Below the pieces are notes generated by a model. That model was given only the letters and a program-made list of their open reading frames with translations, was not told the origin of the DNA and made no database searches. The position numbers and the translations under genes were made by a program. A stretch of 64,000 nt of DNA from a virus (lineage: Duplodnaviria; Caudoviricetes), in IMG/VR virus record IMGVR_UViG_2706796186_000001, positions 32,001-96,000 of that record; one strand, written 5' to 3'. Shown here piece after piece: positions 17,628 to 27,505 of this stretch (its first letter is position 1; each line of letters begins with the position of its first letter).

Positions 17628-20574
17628 ATACCGGCGCAGTATCGTGACGGTTGTAGCTTGCAACAATGTCGTCTTTCAGACCGACACGGCCGTTAGCCTC
17701 AATCACCAACTTCTTACCGACAGTGACCTGTGTGGCATCGGACATGACCGTAAACAGACGCATGTCTTGGTCAGGCCCCATCCCACCCACTACCACACCC
17801 AAGATGGTGTCTTTTAACGCATCTTGCAGGGCTTCACCCAACGCCACCGCAGACACGGTGCTGTTGTTAATCAGGTACTGACTGATAACCTCAGAGGTCT
17901 TCTTCTGGATGGCTTTAATCAAGTCCGCATTCTGACGGTTCACCGCAGTCAGGTAATAGCTTACCGTGAACTGTTGCTCAGCAGGGATTGGTGTAATGGC
18001 ACCGTTCTCCGTGCGGGCATCGATGTACCCCATGGTGGTGATAGGCACGAAGTACGCATCGGTACGCTCCAACAGCAGCGGGGTCAGTTGTGGCATGTTC
18101 ACCGTGATTTGGTTGATCATGTAATCAACCACCGATTGGCGGTACGCCGCCACTTCATCACTGTCTGCAAACAGGTAACGGGCATCAAAGACCGCCATCT
18201 CGTTACGGAACCGGATGCTGCGTGGACGGTCAATCACGGAGTTACCGTCACTGTCCTTCACCAACGTCCCTTTCTCGTGCAACACTTCCTGTACCCCGTT
18301 ATCATCAAGCACCGGGTCACCTTTACGGTGTTTGTACGTCAACTGCAACGGCGGTGTTTTGGCTGCGTCGTACGTGTACTCAGGCACACCACGCTCGTTC
18401 GTCTTCACCACATCCGCCTCGTAGAACTTCAGCACATCGGCTTCGTAATACTTGTAGTTGATGCTGTCGGTGATAGGACGGGCTTTACGCCAGTATGCGG
18501 TTAAGGCTTTACCCAGTTCGATTTTGAAAATCTCATGGGTGATGCCAATCGCATCACGAGACGGAGCCACAATCAGGGTGTCCATGTTCGCCCGTTCGTA
18601 GTTCTTCGGATAGTACCCTGTACAGCCATAGAAGATGTTGAAGTCTTCAGTCAGGCTAACCGGGATATTCACCGTTGACGACGACGTGGTGCGGGTGTTG
18701 GTGATAATCATCTCATCGTTACGGTCAACGTCAAGATTGGTCTCCAACAGGAACTCCCACACACGCTCACTGCCCTGCTTACCAACGAGTGTCCCCTGAA
18801 CCCATGCGAGGCTTTCAGAGTTACGCGGTTGGAAGGAGAGTTGGGCGAACACCTGTCCATCGTCCAGTGCTTGGTACGGGGATTCCGACTTGGTCACTGT
18901 GCGCAGGACATAACCTTGGTCGGTCATCAGAATCTGATAGTCGGCCGTGACCACACTCAGTTCAGTTGTGATATTGGTGCTGATGAAGCGCTTCGACACG
19001 AGGCTCGGACGGTCAAGCTGGTAGATACGCACGTCGATGGAGTTGTTGTTGATGTCCAGCACGTAATGGAATGGCGTGAAGAGATACGAACCACCATTCC
19101 CCGCATTCACCAAATCCTCTTTACGCATGGTCTTCAACAGTTCCGTCATCGTGGTTTCCACCGACAACGTGCTACCGTCAAACTTGTACAGCGTATTCGG
19201 CAGTACGGTCATACGGTTATCATTGATACGCACGGTCGAGAGATTCGACAACTCATCCCAGCTGAAGTACAACGCCGATGTCACCGAACCAATCGGCGAG
19301 CTGACGTTCTTCAGGGTGGACGCCGGTAACGGGGCTGACATCAGATACGTACGACTGGTGACATAGTCGATAGCGTTCTGAAGGGTCAGGTTGAAGTCGG
19401 CCGCCACGGCGGTCAGTTGCTTCTCCGTAATCGGTGCTTGACGTAAGCCCACGGCGTTATTCACCACACGGTCGCGCAGTTCCGTAAACGGCAATTCTGC
19501 TCGTCCGCCAGACGTCACACCCACACCGCTCTCTGCCACTATCTGGAAGATAGAGAAGTTACGCAGGGGGTTCACGTAAGACGCGTCGTATTCCCCGTTC
19601 AGGTCACGGAAGTCCCATGAGAACTGGTCAGTGGCATAGCTGGACAAATCCACTCTCAGCACACCCATGGTGGTGTAGACGTCCATACGCACTTCACCTG
19701 ATACCAAACCGGTGGTCAGGTAAATAGAAGGAATGGTACAACGAATGTTCTGGCCCACAACCTGAATGACCGCAGTGGCCACATTCGGGTCATACACGTC
19801 ACGGCTGTGCGTGTGCGGAATCTCCACCCAACCGGTACCAGCAGCATCACGTTGCCAGACACGGGCGTAAAAGAAGCTGTTGGTGAAGCTGCGGATGATT
19901 TGCAGTTCGTTCGTCCCGACGGTGGTGTCGGTGTGGCTCTTGACGTCGTACTGCTTCACCGGAATCTTGATACGCAACAGAATCGAGTTAGTGGATGGGG
20001 ATGAACCCAAGTCCCATTCGAGGGCGTTGGTAGAAACCGGAGCAATCGGTGATTGTGTCTCGGTAATCCACAGCACTTCGAAAGCCGGGTTGTCCGGTGT
20101 CCCGTATGGCAACACACGAATCTCAATCGGGTATTGAATCGAGAAGGTGTAGCCGGACACTTTGAAGACGGTGTCGCGTGGGATAACCAGTTTGCGCACA
20201 CCGGCGTAAACCAGCGGCATGGCTTTGCTCAGTAACGAGTCCACGTCGATAATCAACTGGAGTTCGGCACCCGACGGCTGTGAGAACACATCGACGTAAT
20301 CCACATCCGACATGTGGCGGAAGAGGTCGTCCATGGTCTGAGCCTGAGACGGGTATGTTTTCGGTACTGTTGCCCGACACCCTTCAATCGCAGTGTGTGC
20401 CAACATCACACCGGCTTCGGCTAAGAAGACCACGGGGTCAGTTGGGCTGCGAAGGGTAATGGAGGCGGCGTTGTCGCTGACGTTTTGGAGCTGCTTTAAT
20501 AACAGCGTCTGCATCGCGGCGGGGTTATGCGCCAACAGCAACATATTCGATGCCAGCTTATCATAAGTGTCCAT
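17626..20574 (-). CDS. Large virion structural protein, probable baseplate wedge (phiKZ gp87-like)
   Basis: 982 aa; DPVVFLAEAG..AQT..DLFRHM and SGGRAELPFTELRDR resemble baseplate wedge/J-type segments; synteny. Confidence 0.6.
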   Translation of the reverse strand: MDTYDKLASNMLLLAHNPAAMQTLLLKQLQNVSDNAASITLRSPTDPVVFLAEAGVMLAHTAIEGCRATVPKTYPSQAQTMDDLFRHMSDVDYVDVFSQPSGAELQLIIDVDSLLSKAMPLVYAGVRKLVIPRDTVFKVSGYTFSIQYPIEIRVLPYGTPDNPAFEVLWITETQSPIAPVSTNALEWDLGSSPSTNSILLRIKIPVKQYDVKSHTDTTVGTNELQIIRSFTNSFFYARVWQRDAAGTGWVEIPHTHSRDVYDPNVATAVIQVVGQNIRCTIPSIYLTTGLVSGEVRMDVYTTMGVLRVDLSSYATDQFSWDFRDLNGEYDASYVNPLRNFSIFQIVAESGVGVTSGGRAELPFTELRDRVVNNAVGLRQAPITEKQLTAVAADFNLTLQNAIDYVTSRTYLMSAPLPASTLKNVSSPIGSVTSALYFSWDELSNLSTVRINDNRMTVLPNTLYKFDGSTLSVETTMTELLKTMRKEDLVNAGNGGSYLFTPFHYVLDINNNSIDVRIYQLDRPSLVSKRFISTNITTELSVVTADYQILMTDQGYVLRTVTKSESPYQALDDGQVFAQLSFQPRNSESLAWVQGTLVGKQGSERVWEFLLETNLDVDRNDEMIITNTRTTSSSTVNIPVSLTEDFNIFYGCTGYYPKNYERANMDTLIVAPSRDAIGITHEIFKIELGKALTAYWRKARPITDSINYKYYEADVLKFYEADVVKTNERGVPEYTYDAAKTPPLQLTYKHRKGDPVLDDNGVQEVLHEKGTLVKDSDGNSVIDRPRSIRFRNEMAVFDARYLFADSDEVAAYRQSVVDYMINQITVNMPQLTPLLLERTDAYFVPITTMGYIDARTENGAITPIPAEQQFTVSYYLTAVNRQNADLIKAIQKKTSEVISQYLINNSTVSAVALGEALQDALKDTILGVVVGGMGPDQDMRLFTVMSDATQVTVGKKLVIEANGRVGLKDDIVASYNRHDTAPV

Positions 20575-21842
20575 CAGATGAGACCTGCCCTTTTCAGAAT
20601 GCGTTGGTAATCAGATTGGTATACCCACCACGTCAGTTTCCGGCGTACCGGGTCGATGTGGGGGTAACCGTAATAGTTGAACAGTGGGAGGAACTGTGGA
20701 ATGACCTGCACCAACTGGTCGCGAGCCGTCGGTACGAAGTTACCGGTTTGCAGACTCTCTGGGGTCGGTGACATATCCGGGTTAAAGTAAGACACGGTGG
20801 CGTTAAACATCTCCATGTAAAGCGGGTCGTCGTAACGTGCCCCGATACACTGCCACTGCAACGTGATGTTGGTGTCATCGTTGCTCATCGGTTTGGAGTT
20901 ATCCACCTGTGCCTGTTGCCCGGCGTTGTTGTTCATTGGCCATGCCACGCACGCTGTCCAGAAGCGGGTGATGTTCCCCATGGGGTCGTACTTCATCCCG
21001 TACATGCGGGTTTGGTAATCGATACGGCGTTGAATCGAGTTACGAATCTTCGGCATGAACTGACCACGACGCACCCCAGACATGTACTCCAGCCACACAC
21101 TGGCCATGCGCATAATCGCATTACCGTACGGGTTGGTTAAGGTCGAGGACATGGTGTAGCCGTAGTTCACAAGGTTCGTGGAATCGACCATCCCCCACTG
21201 CTCACGTAACAGCCCCTCGTCCGACATCCAGTTATCCACGGACTCATCCGGCATCCCCGACAAGCTAATCAGCTGTGTGGAAAGCAATGGTATGAAAGCC
21301 TGTAAATTATCGAAGGGGATATCGGGCAGGAACGGGGTTCCCAACCGGTTCTTTCGTAATCCCCTTGCGGTAAGCGGCGAGTCGGAAAACCCCAGTTCGA
21401 AATCAGGGTCGAGGGCTGCCAGAATCGAATAGTCGAGAGACGACTTCGGCTGCATTGCCATGTTTGACATGCGGCGTGAATTCGAAATGTTGTCGTAGCT
21501 AAGGTTAAAATCCGGTCGGGTAAAGAAGGTCATCCCCCCGTATTCCCGGTTCACCGGCACGGGGTTGTTGGCCATCATATGGTTGAACCCCATCAAGGGG
21601 TTGGTCATACGCTGCGCAGCGATACCTAGACCGACTGACAAGCGAATGCGGTCTGCCCACACGGATAACTCATCATCGAAACTCTTCTTTTGAGTGGGAG
21701 CTGTCGATGAAGAACGACCGTCAATGTAACCCGCTAACGAGGGAACGGCATCGGAATTGTTCGGGTTTGGGACGGTATAGTCGATATCCGTATTAGGGTC
21801 GTAACCGGGATCTGTATTCTTCTTTTCAGTCTCGTCACTCAT
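20574..21842 (-). CDS. Virion structural protein, tail/baseplate (phiKZ gp88-like)
   Basis: 422 aa, FFTRPDFNL motif, TGATG coupling to the 982-aa gene. Confidence 0.55.
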   Translation of the reverse strand: MSDETEKKNTDPGYDPNTDIDYTVPNPNNSDAVPSLAGYIDGRSSSTAPTQKKSFDDELSVWADRIRLSVGLGIAAQRMTNPLMGFNHMMANNPVPVNREYGGMTFFTRPDFNLSYDNISNSRRMSNMAMQPKSSLDYSILAALDPDFELGFSDSPLTARGLRKNRLGTPFLPDIPFDNLQAFIPLLSTQLISLSGMPDESVDNWMSDEGLLREQWGMVDSTNLVNYGYTMSSTLTNPYGNAIMRMASVWLEYMSGVRRGQFMPKIRNSIQRRIDYQTRMYGMKYDPMGNITRFWTACVAWPMNNNAGQQAQVDNSKPMSNDDTNITLQWQCIGARYDDPLYMEMFNATVSYFNPDMSPTPESLQTGNFVPTARDQLVQVIPQFLPLFNYYGYPHIDPVRRKLTWWVYQSDYQRILKRAGLI

Positions 21843-21848
21843 GAAATT

Positions 21849-21864
21849 TTTACTCCGGAGTAAA
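21849..21864. promoter_or_regulatory. Perfect 16-bp palindrome containing the SD sequences of both divergent genes
   Basis: TTTACTCCGGAGTAAA; GGAG on each strand 10-11 nt from its ATG. Confidence 0.7.
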
Positions 21865-21871
21865 GTATAAA

Positions 21872-23113
21872 ATGGCAGAAAAAACTGTTGAGACGAGTGT
21901 CATCTCGTTTCTCTCTAAATTCCCAGACCTGTTTCGGCAGCGTGCCGACTCGCTGGAAGAGTTCAACCAGATTCTGTATAACGAATACACTACGCTTGTT
22001 GAACAGTCGCTTTTAGGCGTTGATTACCTGCCAGGCATTCTGGATAAGTTGCAGATACTGCTGGCCGCTAACCAATTAACTGCCATCTCCCTGCTGATTG
22101 GCGTGCCTGAGGTGGATGTTATTGGAACGCTGGACAAAATCTCCACGCGCCGTAACAGCCTCGATGCCGCCGCCCGTAGCGGTTCCCGTCTGGCCACAAT
22201 GGCTATCGGCGAACGCCGGGGTCGCTTTGGTTTACCGTCATACGATAGCCTCGCCATCGCGGTGGGTGAATCGAGCCGTCGTGGTAGCCGACCGGTGAAC
22301 CAGAACAACCAGTTCAACGGAAACACCGAGGTTACCAACAACAACGACAACAGCCGTACTGAGAACTTTAACTCGACCACCAACAACTACGACAGCAAAG
22401 CGGGTAAAGTGGCCTCTACGCTACCGACCAACTTCATGAAGCAGATGATGGAGCAGGAAGGTCTGGCGGGTGGTAAGGTGTTCAGCGCGACCTTTGAACG
22501 TAACGGGAACAAAACCGAAGTGCCGATGCGTCTGCGCCTCGATGTGAAGTCTGTGCCGACTGACGGCATGGAAACCCTGATTGCGTTTGCCTCCGAACAG
22601 AAAGACTTCTGGGAGCGTTACATCCGTCTGCAACACAAAGGCGATCGTAACGGGGGTTGGCTGGATAAACTGGCGGCTGCAAAAGACCTCGCGTTCTCTA
22701 ACGACCTGATGGAAGAGTACCGTAAGAATCGCTACCGCGATAAGACGGGCTACTACACCAAGATGATGGAGAAGCGCAACGGTAACTGGCTGTCTGGTCT
22801 GTTGACCCTGTCGCCGTCTATCAACAACGCCTCTGGTGTGATGGTGGTCTCTCAGGAAACCATCGATGGTCTGGAAGCACAGCTCGGCGGTAGCTTCGAA
22901 GACTTCAACGTGCGTCAGCGCGTGTTCCAAGATACCCTGACCGTTTACTACGTCGTGGTTGATACAACGTGGAACCGTGTGACCATCTACACCCGTGGCC
23001 TGAACGGCTCGCAGGAACTGGATAAGTCTGACTTCTCCAAATCGAAATCTGGTGCGGCTGATGTGAACAAAATCATCGAAGCCTACCGCTCTGGCGCACA
23101 GCCGGTTCTTTAA
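21872..23113 (+). CDS. Internal head protein (phiKZ gp89-like)
   Basis: 413 aa, Asn-rich linker, first gene of the inner-head operon by synteny. Confidence 0.6.
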   Translation: MAEKTVETSVISFLSKFPDLFRQRADSLEEFNQILYNEYTTLVEQSLLGVDYLPGILDKLQILLAANQLTAISLLIGVPEVDVIGTLDKISTRRNSLDAAARSGSRLATMAIGERRGRFGLPSYDSLAIAVGESSRRGSRPVNQNNQFNGNTEVTNNNDNSRTENFNSTTNNYDSKAGKVASTLPTNFMKQMMEQEGLAGGKVFSATFERNGNKTEVPMRLRLDVKSVPTDGMETLIAFASEQKDFWERYIRLQHKGDRNGGWLDKLAAAKDLAFSNDLMEEYRKNRYRDKTGYYTKMMEKRNGNWLSGLLTLSPSINNASGVMVVSQETIDGLEAQLGGSFEDFNVRQRVFQDTLTVYYVVVDTTWNRVTIYTRGLNGSQELDKSDFSKSKSGAADVNKIIEAYRSGAQPVL

Positions 23114-23124
23114 GGGGTTTAGCA

Positions 23125-24060
23125 ATGCCTATTCCAAATATGCTGTCGGTGCTCTTACCGAGCTTCGAAGCAACGAATCTGAAAAACACGCTGAACGCAA
23201 ACTGCGACGCCATCAGTGAATCACTGCTGCCACAGTTTGAAAACCTGCGTGACCTGGTCGGTACTGAACAGGGCAAACCATTCATCTCCAAGCCGGTGCA
23301 AACACTGAGCGAAGAGTTGGTAAAAATGTTGCGCAGCTCTGGCCTCGAAGTCAAAGGTCTGCGTGACCCATCCGCACTGGAATATATCGTCGCTGCCATG
23401 CGTAACACGCTGGAACTGCGTCCGTTTATTGAACAGTGCATTAACCGTGACATCGGTAAGCAGGTTGTGACTGCTTCACTGACGTTCAACAAATCCACGC
23501 TCCTTCAATTACTGGACCTCATTAACTTCTTTGTTCTTTACAGCGGTACGCTCGTAAACTACATCACCGCCGAAGAACTCGGCGCGGTGAAAGACTCGAA
23601 CATTGCAGTGAAAGGTATCGGTCCAAACGATTTGCAGTACCTCCATGTTCGCATGGTAACGTACGGCATCGCTTGTCGTGTTCTGGCTACGCCTCAGTCG
23701 AAGCTCAAAGCAGACTATGCGGAAATCCCGGAAGCGGTATTTGATGAAGACACCTACAATGATCTGGTTAAGTCTTTCGGCTCGAAAGCGACCGATCCGT
23801 TGGGTCTCTCCGCAGTACCATTCCCGCTGACCATCATTTATCGGATTAATCTGTCGTGGAACGAATGGCAGATGGACAACTACGATGAAGTGTGTGAAGC
23901 GGCGAAAGCAGCCGAGTACCGTATCTTACTGTTCAAGAAACAGCAAGCGGAAGGTAAAGGCGACGCGGCGTTGGAAATCCTTATCGAGAAACACGAGAAG
24001 CGTCTGGATTCCCTGAAACGCAAACGCGAACGTCTGGCGAAAAAGAACGGTCTCGAATAA
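23125..24060 (+). CDS. Internal head protein (phiKZ gp90-like)
   Basis: 311 aa, synteny. Confidence 0.6.
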   Translation: MPIPNMLSVLLPSFEATNLKNTLNANCDAISESLLPQFENLRDLVGTEQGKPFISKPVQTLSEELVKMLRSSGLEVKGLRDPSALEYIVAAMRNTLELRPFIEQCINRDIGKQVVTASLTFNKSTLLQLLDLINFFVLYSGTLVNYITAEELGAVKDSNIAVKGIGPNDLQYLHVRMVTYGIACRVLATPQSKLKADYAEIPEAVFDEDTYNDLVKSFGSKATDPLGLSAVPFPLTIIYRINLSWNEWQMDNYDEVCEAAKAAEYRILLFKKQQAEGKGDAALEILIEKHEKRLDSLKRKRERLAKKNGLE

Positions 24061-24075
24061 CAACAGGAGAGACTG

Positions 24076-24636
24076 ATGAACCCGATTAACAATCCCGACT
24101 TTAACGTGGCCGAACGCCTCGTTAAACGTTACATGGCCAAACTGTCCGAGAACCCGACAGAAGTCCATGATGATGACCTCATTCATGAGACGCTGACCGC
24201 GGCAGCCGTTATCCTGCCTTACTTCCGGCTCTTAGCCGCGGAGTCTGTGCAACAGGTATTATATGACGAATTTCCACAAATCGGTTTTACGTTTAATACG
24301 TTTTACAATGAAACAGTTGCGTTTGTTGTAGACGGAAAGAAACGTCCAACCAATGTCGGTACCTGGTCTGTGCTGATGTCGACGTACATGAATGATGTAC
24401 ACGGCACCAAATACGTTCAGGAGAAAGGCAGCTTGGGCTCGCGTATGATGTCTGCCGCTTTCGGTCAGGCTGGTAAAGTTCGTAACATGGGCACGCAACA
24501 CCAATCCATGCAACCGGATACTCGCCTCTTATCTTATGCAGACCACGAACTGCTTGCGCGGTGGATGACACGTACTAACGGATTGTCCGATATGATTATG
24601 TCGCTGGCAGTATTCTTGAAAATCGCACGTCCCTAA
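24076..24636 (+). CDS. Probable head protein
   Basis: 186 aa, AGGAG SD, synteny. Confidence 0.55.
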   Translation: MNPINNPDFNVAERLVKRYMAKLSENPTEVHDDDLIHETLTAAAVILPYFRLLAAESVQQVLYDEFPQIGFTFNTFYNETVAFVVDGKKRPTNVGTWSVLMSTYMNDVHGTKYVQEKGSLGSRMMSAAFGQAGKVRNMGTQHQSMQPDTRLLSYADHELLARWMTRTNGLSDMIMSLAVFLKIARP

Positions 24637-24693
24637 GGGGGCCCCTTTCTAGGGGCGTGTAATTCGGTTATAACCAAACAGGAACTAGAACAA

Positions 24694-26022
24694 ATGGCAA
24701 ATTTTGCACAACGCAGAGCTGCTCGTGAAAGCATCGAAAACACCGAACCGGGTGAAATCGACGGCCTGTCTAACGTAGAACCGGGTGTAGAAAACCTGGA
24801 TACCCAACTGGCTGAAATGGCATCGGAAGATGCACAGCTGGAAGGTCTGGCTGGCGATCAGGATACCCTGGGCGCGGACACCGCACGTACTGAAGACGCT
24901 ATCGACGATGCGCAAGACGCAATCGATAACGGCGAAGAACAAGCTGAAGAGTCTATTGCCCACACCGAAGTGGCGCAAGAGTCTATCCGCCGTCGTTGGG
25001 GTATCGACCGCACCAAACTGGCACGCGAAAGCTTCCGCCGTGGTCGTGGCATGACTGCCGCTGCGCAGGAAGGCTGGAAAGAAACCCTGAAAGATCTGTG
25101 GAAACGTTTCCTTGAGCTGATCAAGTCAATCGTTAACAAGATCAAAGAGCTGAAACTCAAGTACATCAACGTGGGTAAAACTGCGCAGAGCCGTGCTAAG
25201 AAGTATCAGGCTGCAATCAAAAACCTGGGCAGCAAAAAGACCAAAGATGAAATCGGCGGTAGCTGGATCAGCAAACTGTCCATCGAAGGCGCTTTCAACG
25301 TTGACGGTTCTATCGGCATCGCGAAAGAAGTTACTCAGGGCAAAGCCAAAGGCGCGATCGCTGCAATGACCAAACAGGCCGATGCAGCTGCAACCTACGT
25401 CGTGAAAGCGGCTGACGGTGAAGTGTCTGCGTCTAAAGCCTCTGGCGGTTCTTCTGCTTCTGGTCCGGGTGTAATGCTGGCGTCTGACGCACCGACTTAC
25501 GACAAAATCGAACTGTTCGGTACTGCGGCTACCAAACTTCAGAATCTGGAAGAGTTCGCCGATGGCGAATACCAGAAACTGCAAGCCCTGCCGGGCAACG
25601 CCTACATTCAGGCCGGTAACAAGAAACTGGCTGGCGGCGTAGACTTTGCTGCTATCGGTTTCATGACCACTGGCGATGCGACCGAAGACAAACAGGTTGC
25701 AACTCCTGAGCTGGGTAAACTGACTGCCGCTGCACAGGGTCTGGATGCGATCGGTAAAGGTTTCGAGAAAGTCCTGCAAGACTTCCGTACCTTCGATAGC
25801 GAAGTTGAGAAACTGCAACGCGCTGCTGAGAAAGCATCTGGTGCTGTAGATAAAGCTGACGACGCGAACCGCGAAGCGCTGCAATCTGCACGTACTGCTG
25901 CTGACCAGTCTGTGAAGAACTATCAGGTTCTGAACCGCGCTGTGGCTTACGTTGCTAACACCGTAATCGCTGGCCTGAACGGCTACATCGGTGCTGGTAT
26001 CGGTGCGTACGGTAAGAAGTAA
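24694..26022 (+). CDS. Abundant internal head/ejection protein (SPN3US gp53 / phiKZ gp93 family)
   Basis: Acidic propeptide with ARE-12, AQE-96, ARE-112, AQE-126; strong codon bias; paralog of next gene. Confidence 0.8.
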   Translation: MANFAQRRAARESIENTEPGEIDGLSNVEPGVENLDTQLAEMASEDAQLEGLAGDQDTLGADTARTEDAIDDAQDAIDNGEEQAEESIAHTEVAQESIRRRWGIDRTKLARESFRRGRGMTAAAQEGWKETLKDLWKRFLELIKSIVNKIKELKLKYINVGKTAQSRAKKYQAAIKNLGSKKTKDEIGGSWISKLSIEGAFNVDGSIGIAKEVTQGKAKGAIAAMTKQADAAATYVVKAADGEVSASKASGGSSASGPGVMLASDAPTYDKIELFGTAATKLQNLEEFADGEYQKLQALPGNAYIQAGNKKLAGGVDFAAIGFMTTGDATEDKQVATPELGKLTAAAQGLDAIGKGFEKVLQDFRTFDSEVEKLQRAAEKASGAVDKADDANREALQSARTAADQSVKNYQVLNRAVAYVANTVIAGLNGYIGAGIGAYGKK

Positions 26023-26098
26023 GCCTTCTTAACCCGTAAACGACCCGACGTTAATCATTGAGGTGGGGCACGCTGCCCCACCTAGAGGAAAAGTGAAA

Positions 26099-27379
26099 AT
26101 GGCAAACTTTGCACAAAAACGCGCTGCTCGCGAATCCATCGAAGGCACCGGTACTGTTGTTCCGGATGGCCTGGAGCTGCCAGCAGAATCGGTTGAAGGT
26201 ATTCTGGCCGAGCTGGCTGAGAAAGAACGTGATATCGATACCACCGACTCTGAGCACGATGTGCTGATTGAAGATGGTAACGAAACTGATGCGCAGCTGG
26301 ACGCGGTAGACGCGGCTGACGACGCAGCAGCAGAACCGGCCGACGACAAAATGGAAGCGGAAGAAGACATGCCTGACGAAGCAGCGGAAGCGCTGGACGT
26401 TGCGCAGGAATCTATCCGTCGCCGTTGGGGCTTCGACCACCGTACCAGCGTAGCGCGCGAAAGCTACGGCAGCCGTAACCGTCGTAGCGTAGCCCGTGAA
26501 AGCCTGTGGGAAGACATCAAAGCCTTCCTGAAGCGTGCGTGGGAATGGCTGAAAGAGCAGGGTCGTAAGATCAAAGACCGCTGGCTGAAATTCAGCAACC
26601 AGGGTAAATCTGTTCAGGGTCGTTCTAAGAAGTTCGGCGAGCAGATCAAAAACCTCGGCAAGCAGAAGTCTGGTAAAGACAAACTGTCTGGCGGCTTTAT
26701 CAAAGATCTGACCATCGCAGGTAAATTCGAAGGCACCAACACTGCTGCTATCGATGCTGTGTTTACTAAACACGGTGACTACGCGAAACTTCAGGACGGG
26801 GTTCTGGGTGAGATGACCAGTGCGGTTGATGAGATGGCCAACGCGTCTGAAGCTGACTTCGCCAAAACTGGTAAGACTGCGAAAGAGCTGGCTACCCTCA
26901 TGTCCTCTGATATCAAAGGCGAGCAGCAGCTGTTCGGCAACCAGGTCTTCAAAGTGGACGTCGAAGTGTCTGATGAAGGTGAAAGCTTCGAAGTGAGCAC
27001 CACCGTTGTTGAAGCTGATCACAGCGTAGAGAGCGATATCTCTACCCCGTCTGTTGCTCAACTGTCTACAGTCAACACCTTCTTCAACAAAGTCGGTGTG
27101 GAGATCGAGAAGAAGGTTAAAGCGTATCACGCAACTAACCAGAAACGCGATCGCTACGAAGCGGCCATCGAGAAACTGCTGAAGAAAGTCGACGGCGTGA
27201 AAATCGATGCTGAAAACGGCGAATTCTCCAAGTGTGTCCGTCTGATCCGTAAGATGATCGGTGCGACTAACCAGTTCCTGGGTGCTGCTGAGCGTGCCGA
27301 TGCTTCTAACACCAAGAACATCGTCTCCGGTCTGAACGGCCTGCTGGTTGCTGGTATCGCGGCTTACGAGAAAAAGTAA
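26099..27379 (+). CDS. Abundant internal head/ejection protein (SPN3US gp54-like), paralog of previous gene
   Basis: Starts MANFAQKRAARES vs MANFAQRRAARES; shared VAQESIRRRWG and C-terminal GLNG...GI.AY.KK; GAGGA SD before ATG 26099. Confidence 0.8.
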   Translation: MANFAQKRAARESIEGTGTVVPDGLELPAESVEGILAELAEKERDIDTTDSEHDVLIEDGNETDAQLDAVDAADDAAAEPADDKMEAEEDMPDEAAEALDVAQESIRRRWGFDHRTSVARESYGSRNRRSVARESLWEDIKAFLKRAWEWLKEQGRKIKDRWLKFSNQGKSVQGRSKKFGEQIKNLGKQKSGKDKLSGGFIKDLTIAGKFEGTNTAAIDAVFTKHGDYAKLQDGVLGEMTSAVDEMANASEADFAKTGKTAKELATLMSSDIKGEQQLFGNQVFKVDVEVSDEGESFEVSTTVVEADHSVESDISTPSVAQLSTVNTFFNKVGVEIEKKVKAYHATNQKRDRYEAAIEKLLKKVDGVKIDAENGEFSKCVRLIRKMIGATNQFLGAAERADASNTKNIVSGLNGLLVAGIAAYEKK

Positions 27380-27399
27380 GTTAGTGTGCTGACACAGAT

Positions 27400-27440
27400 T
27401 ACCCTACTCCTTCGGGAGTAGGGTTTTCTTTTTTTATTTT
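27400..27440 (+). terminator. Intrinsic terminator
   Basis: ACCCTACTCC-TTCG-GGAGTAGGGT plus T-run; 28 nt identical to 41457-41484. Confidence 0.9.
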
Positions 27441-27450
27441 AAAAAGTTTT

Positions 27451-27472
27451 CAGATAGATATTATCCTAGTGA
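27451..27472 (+). promoter_or_regulatory. Putative early (virion RNAP) promoter
   Basis: CAGATAGATATTATCCTAGTGA; one of six intergenic copies. Confidence 0.75.
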
Positions 27473-27505
27473 CTATTCATCCTATTCACCTTTAAGGAGT
27501 ATCAA

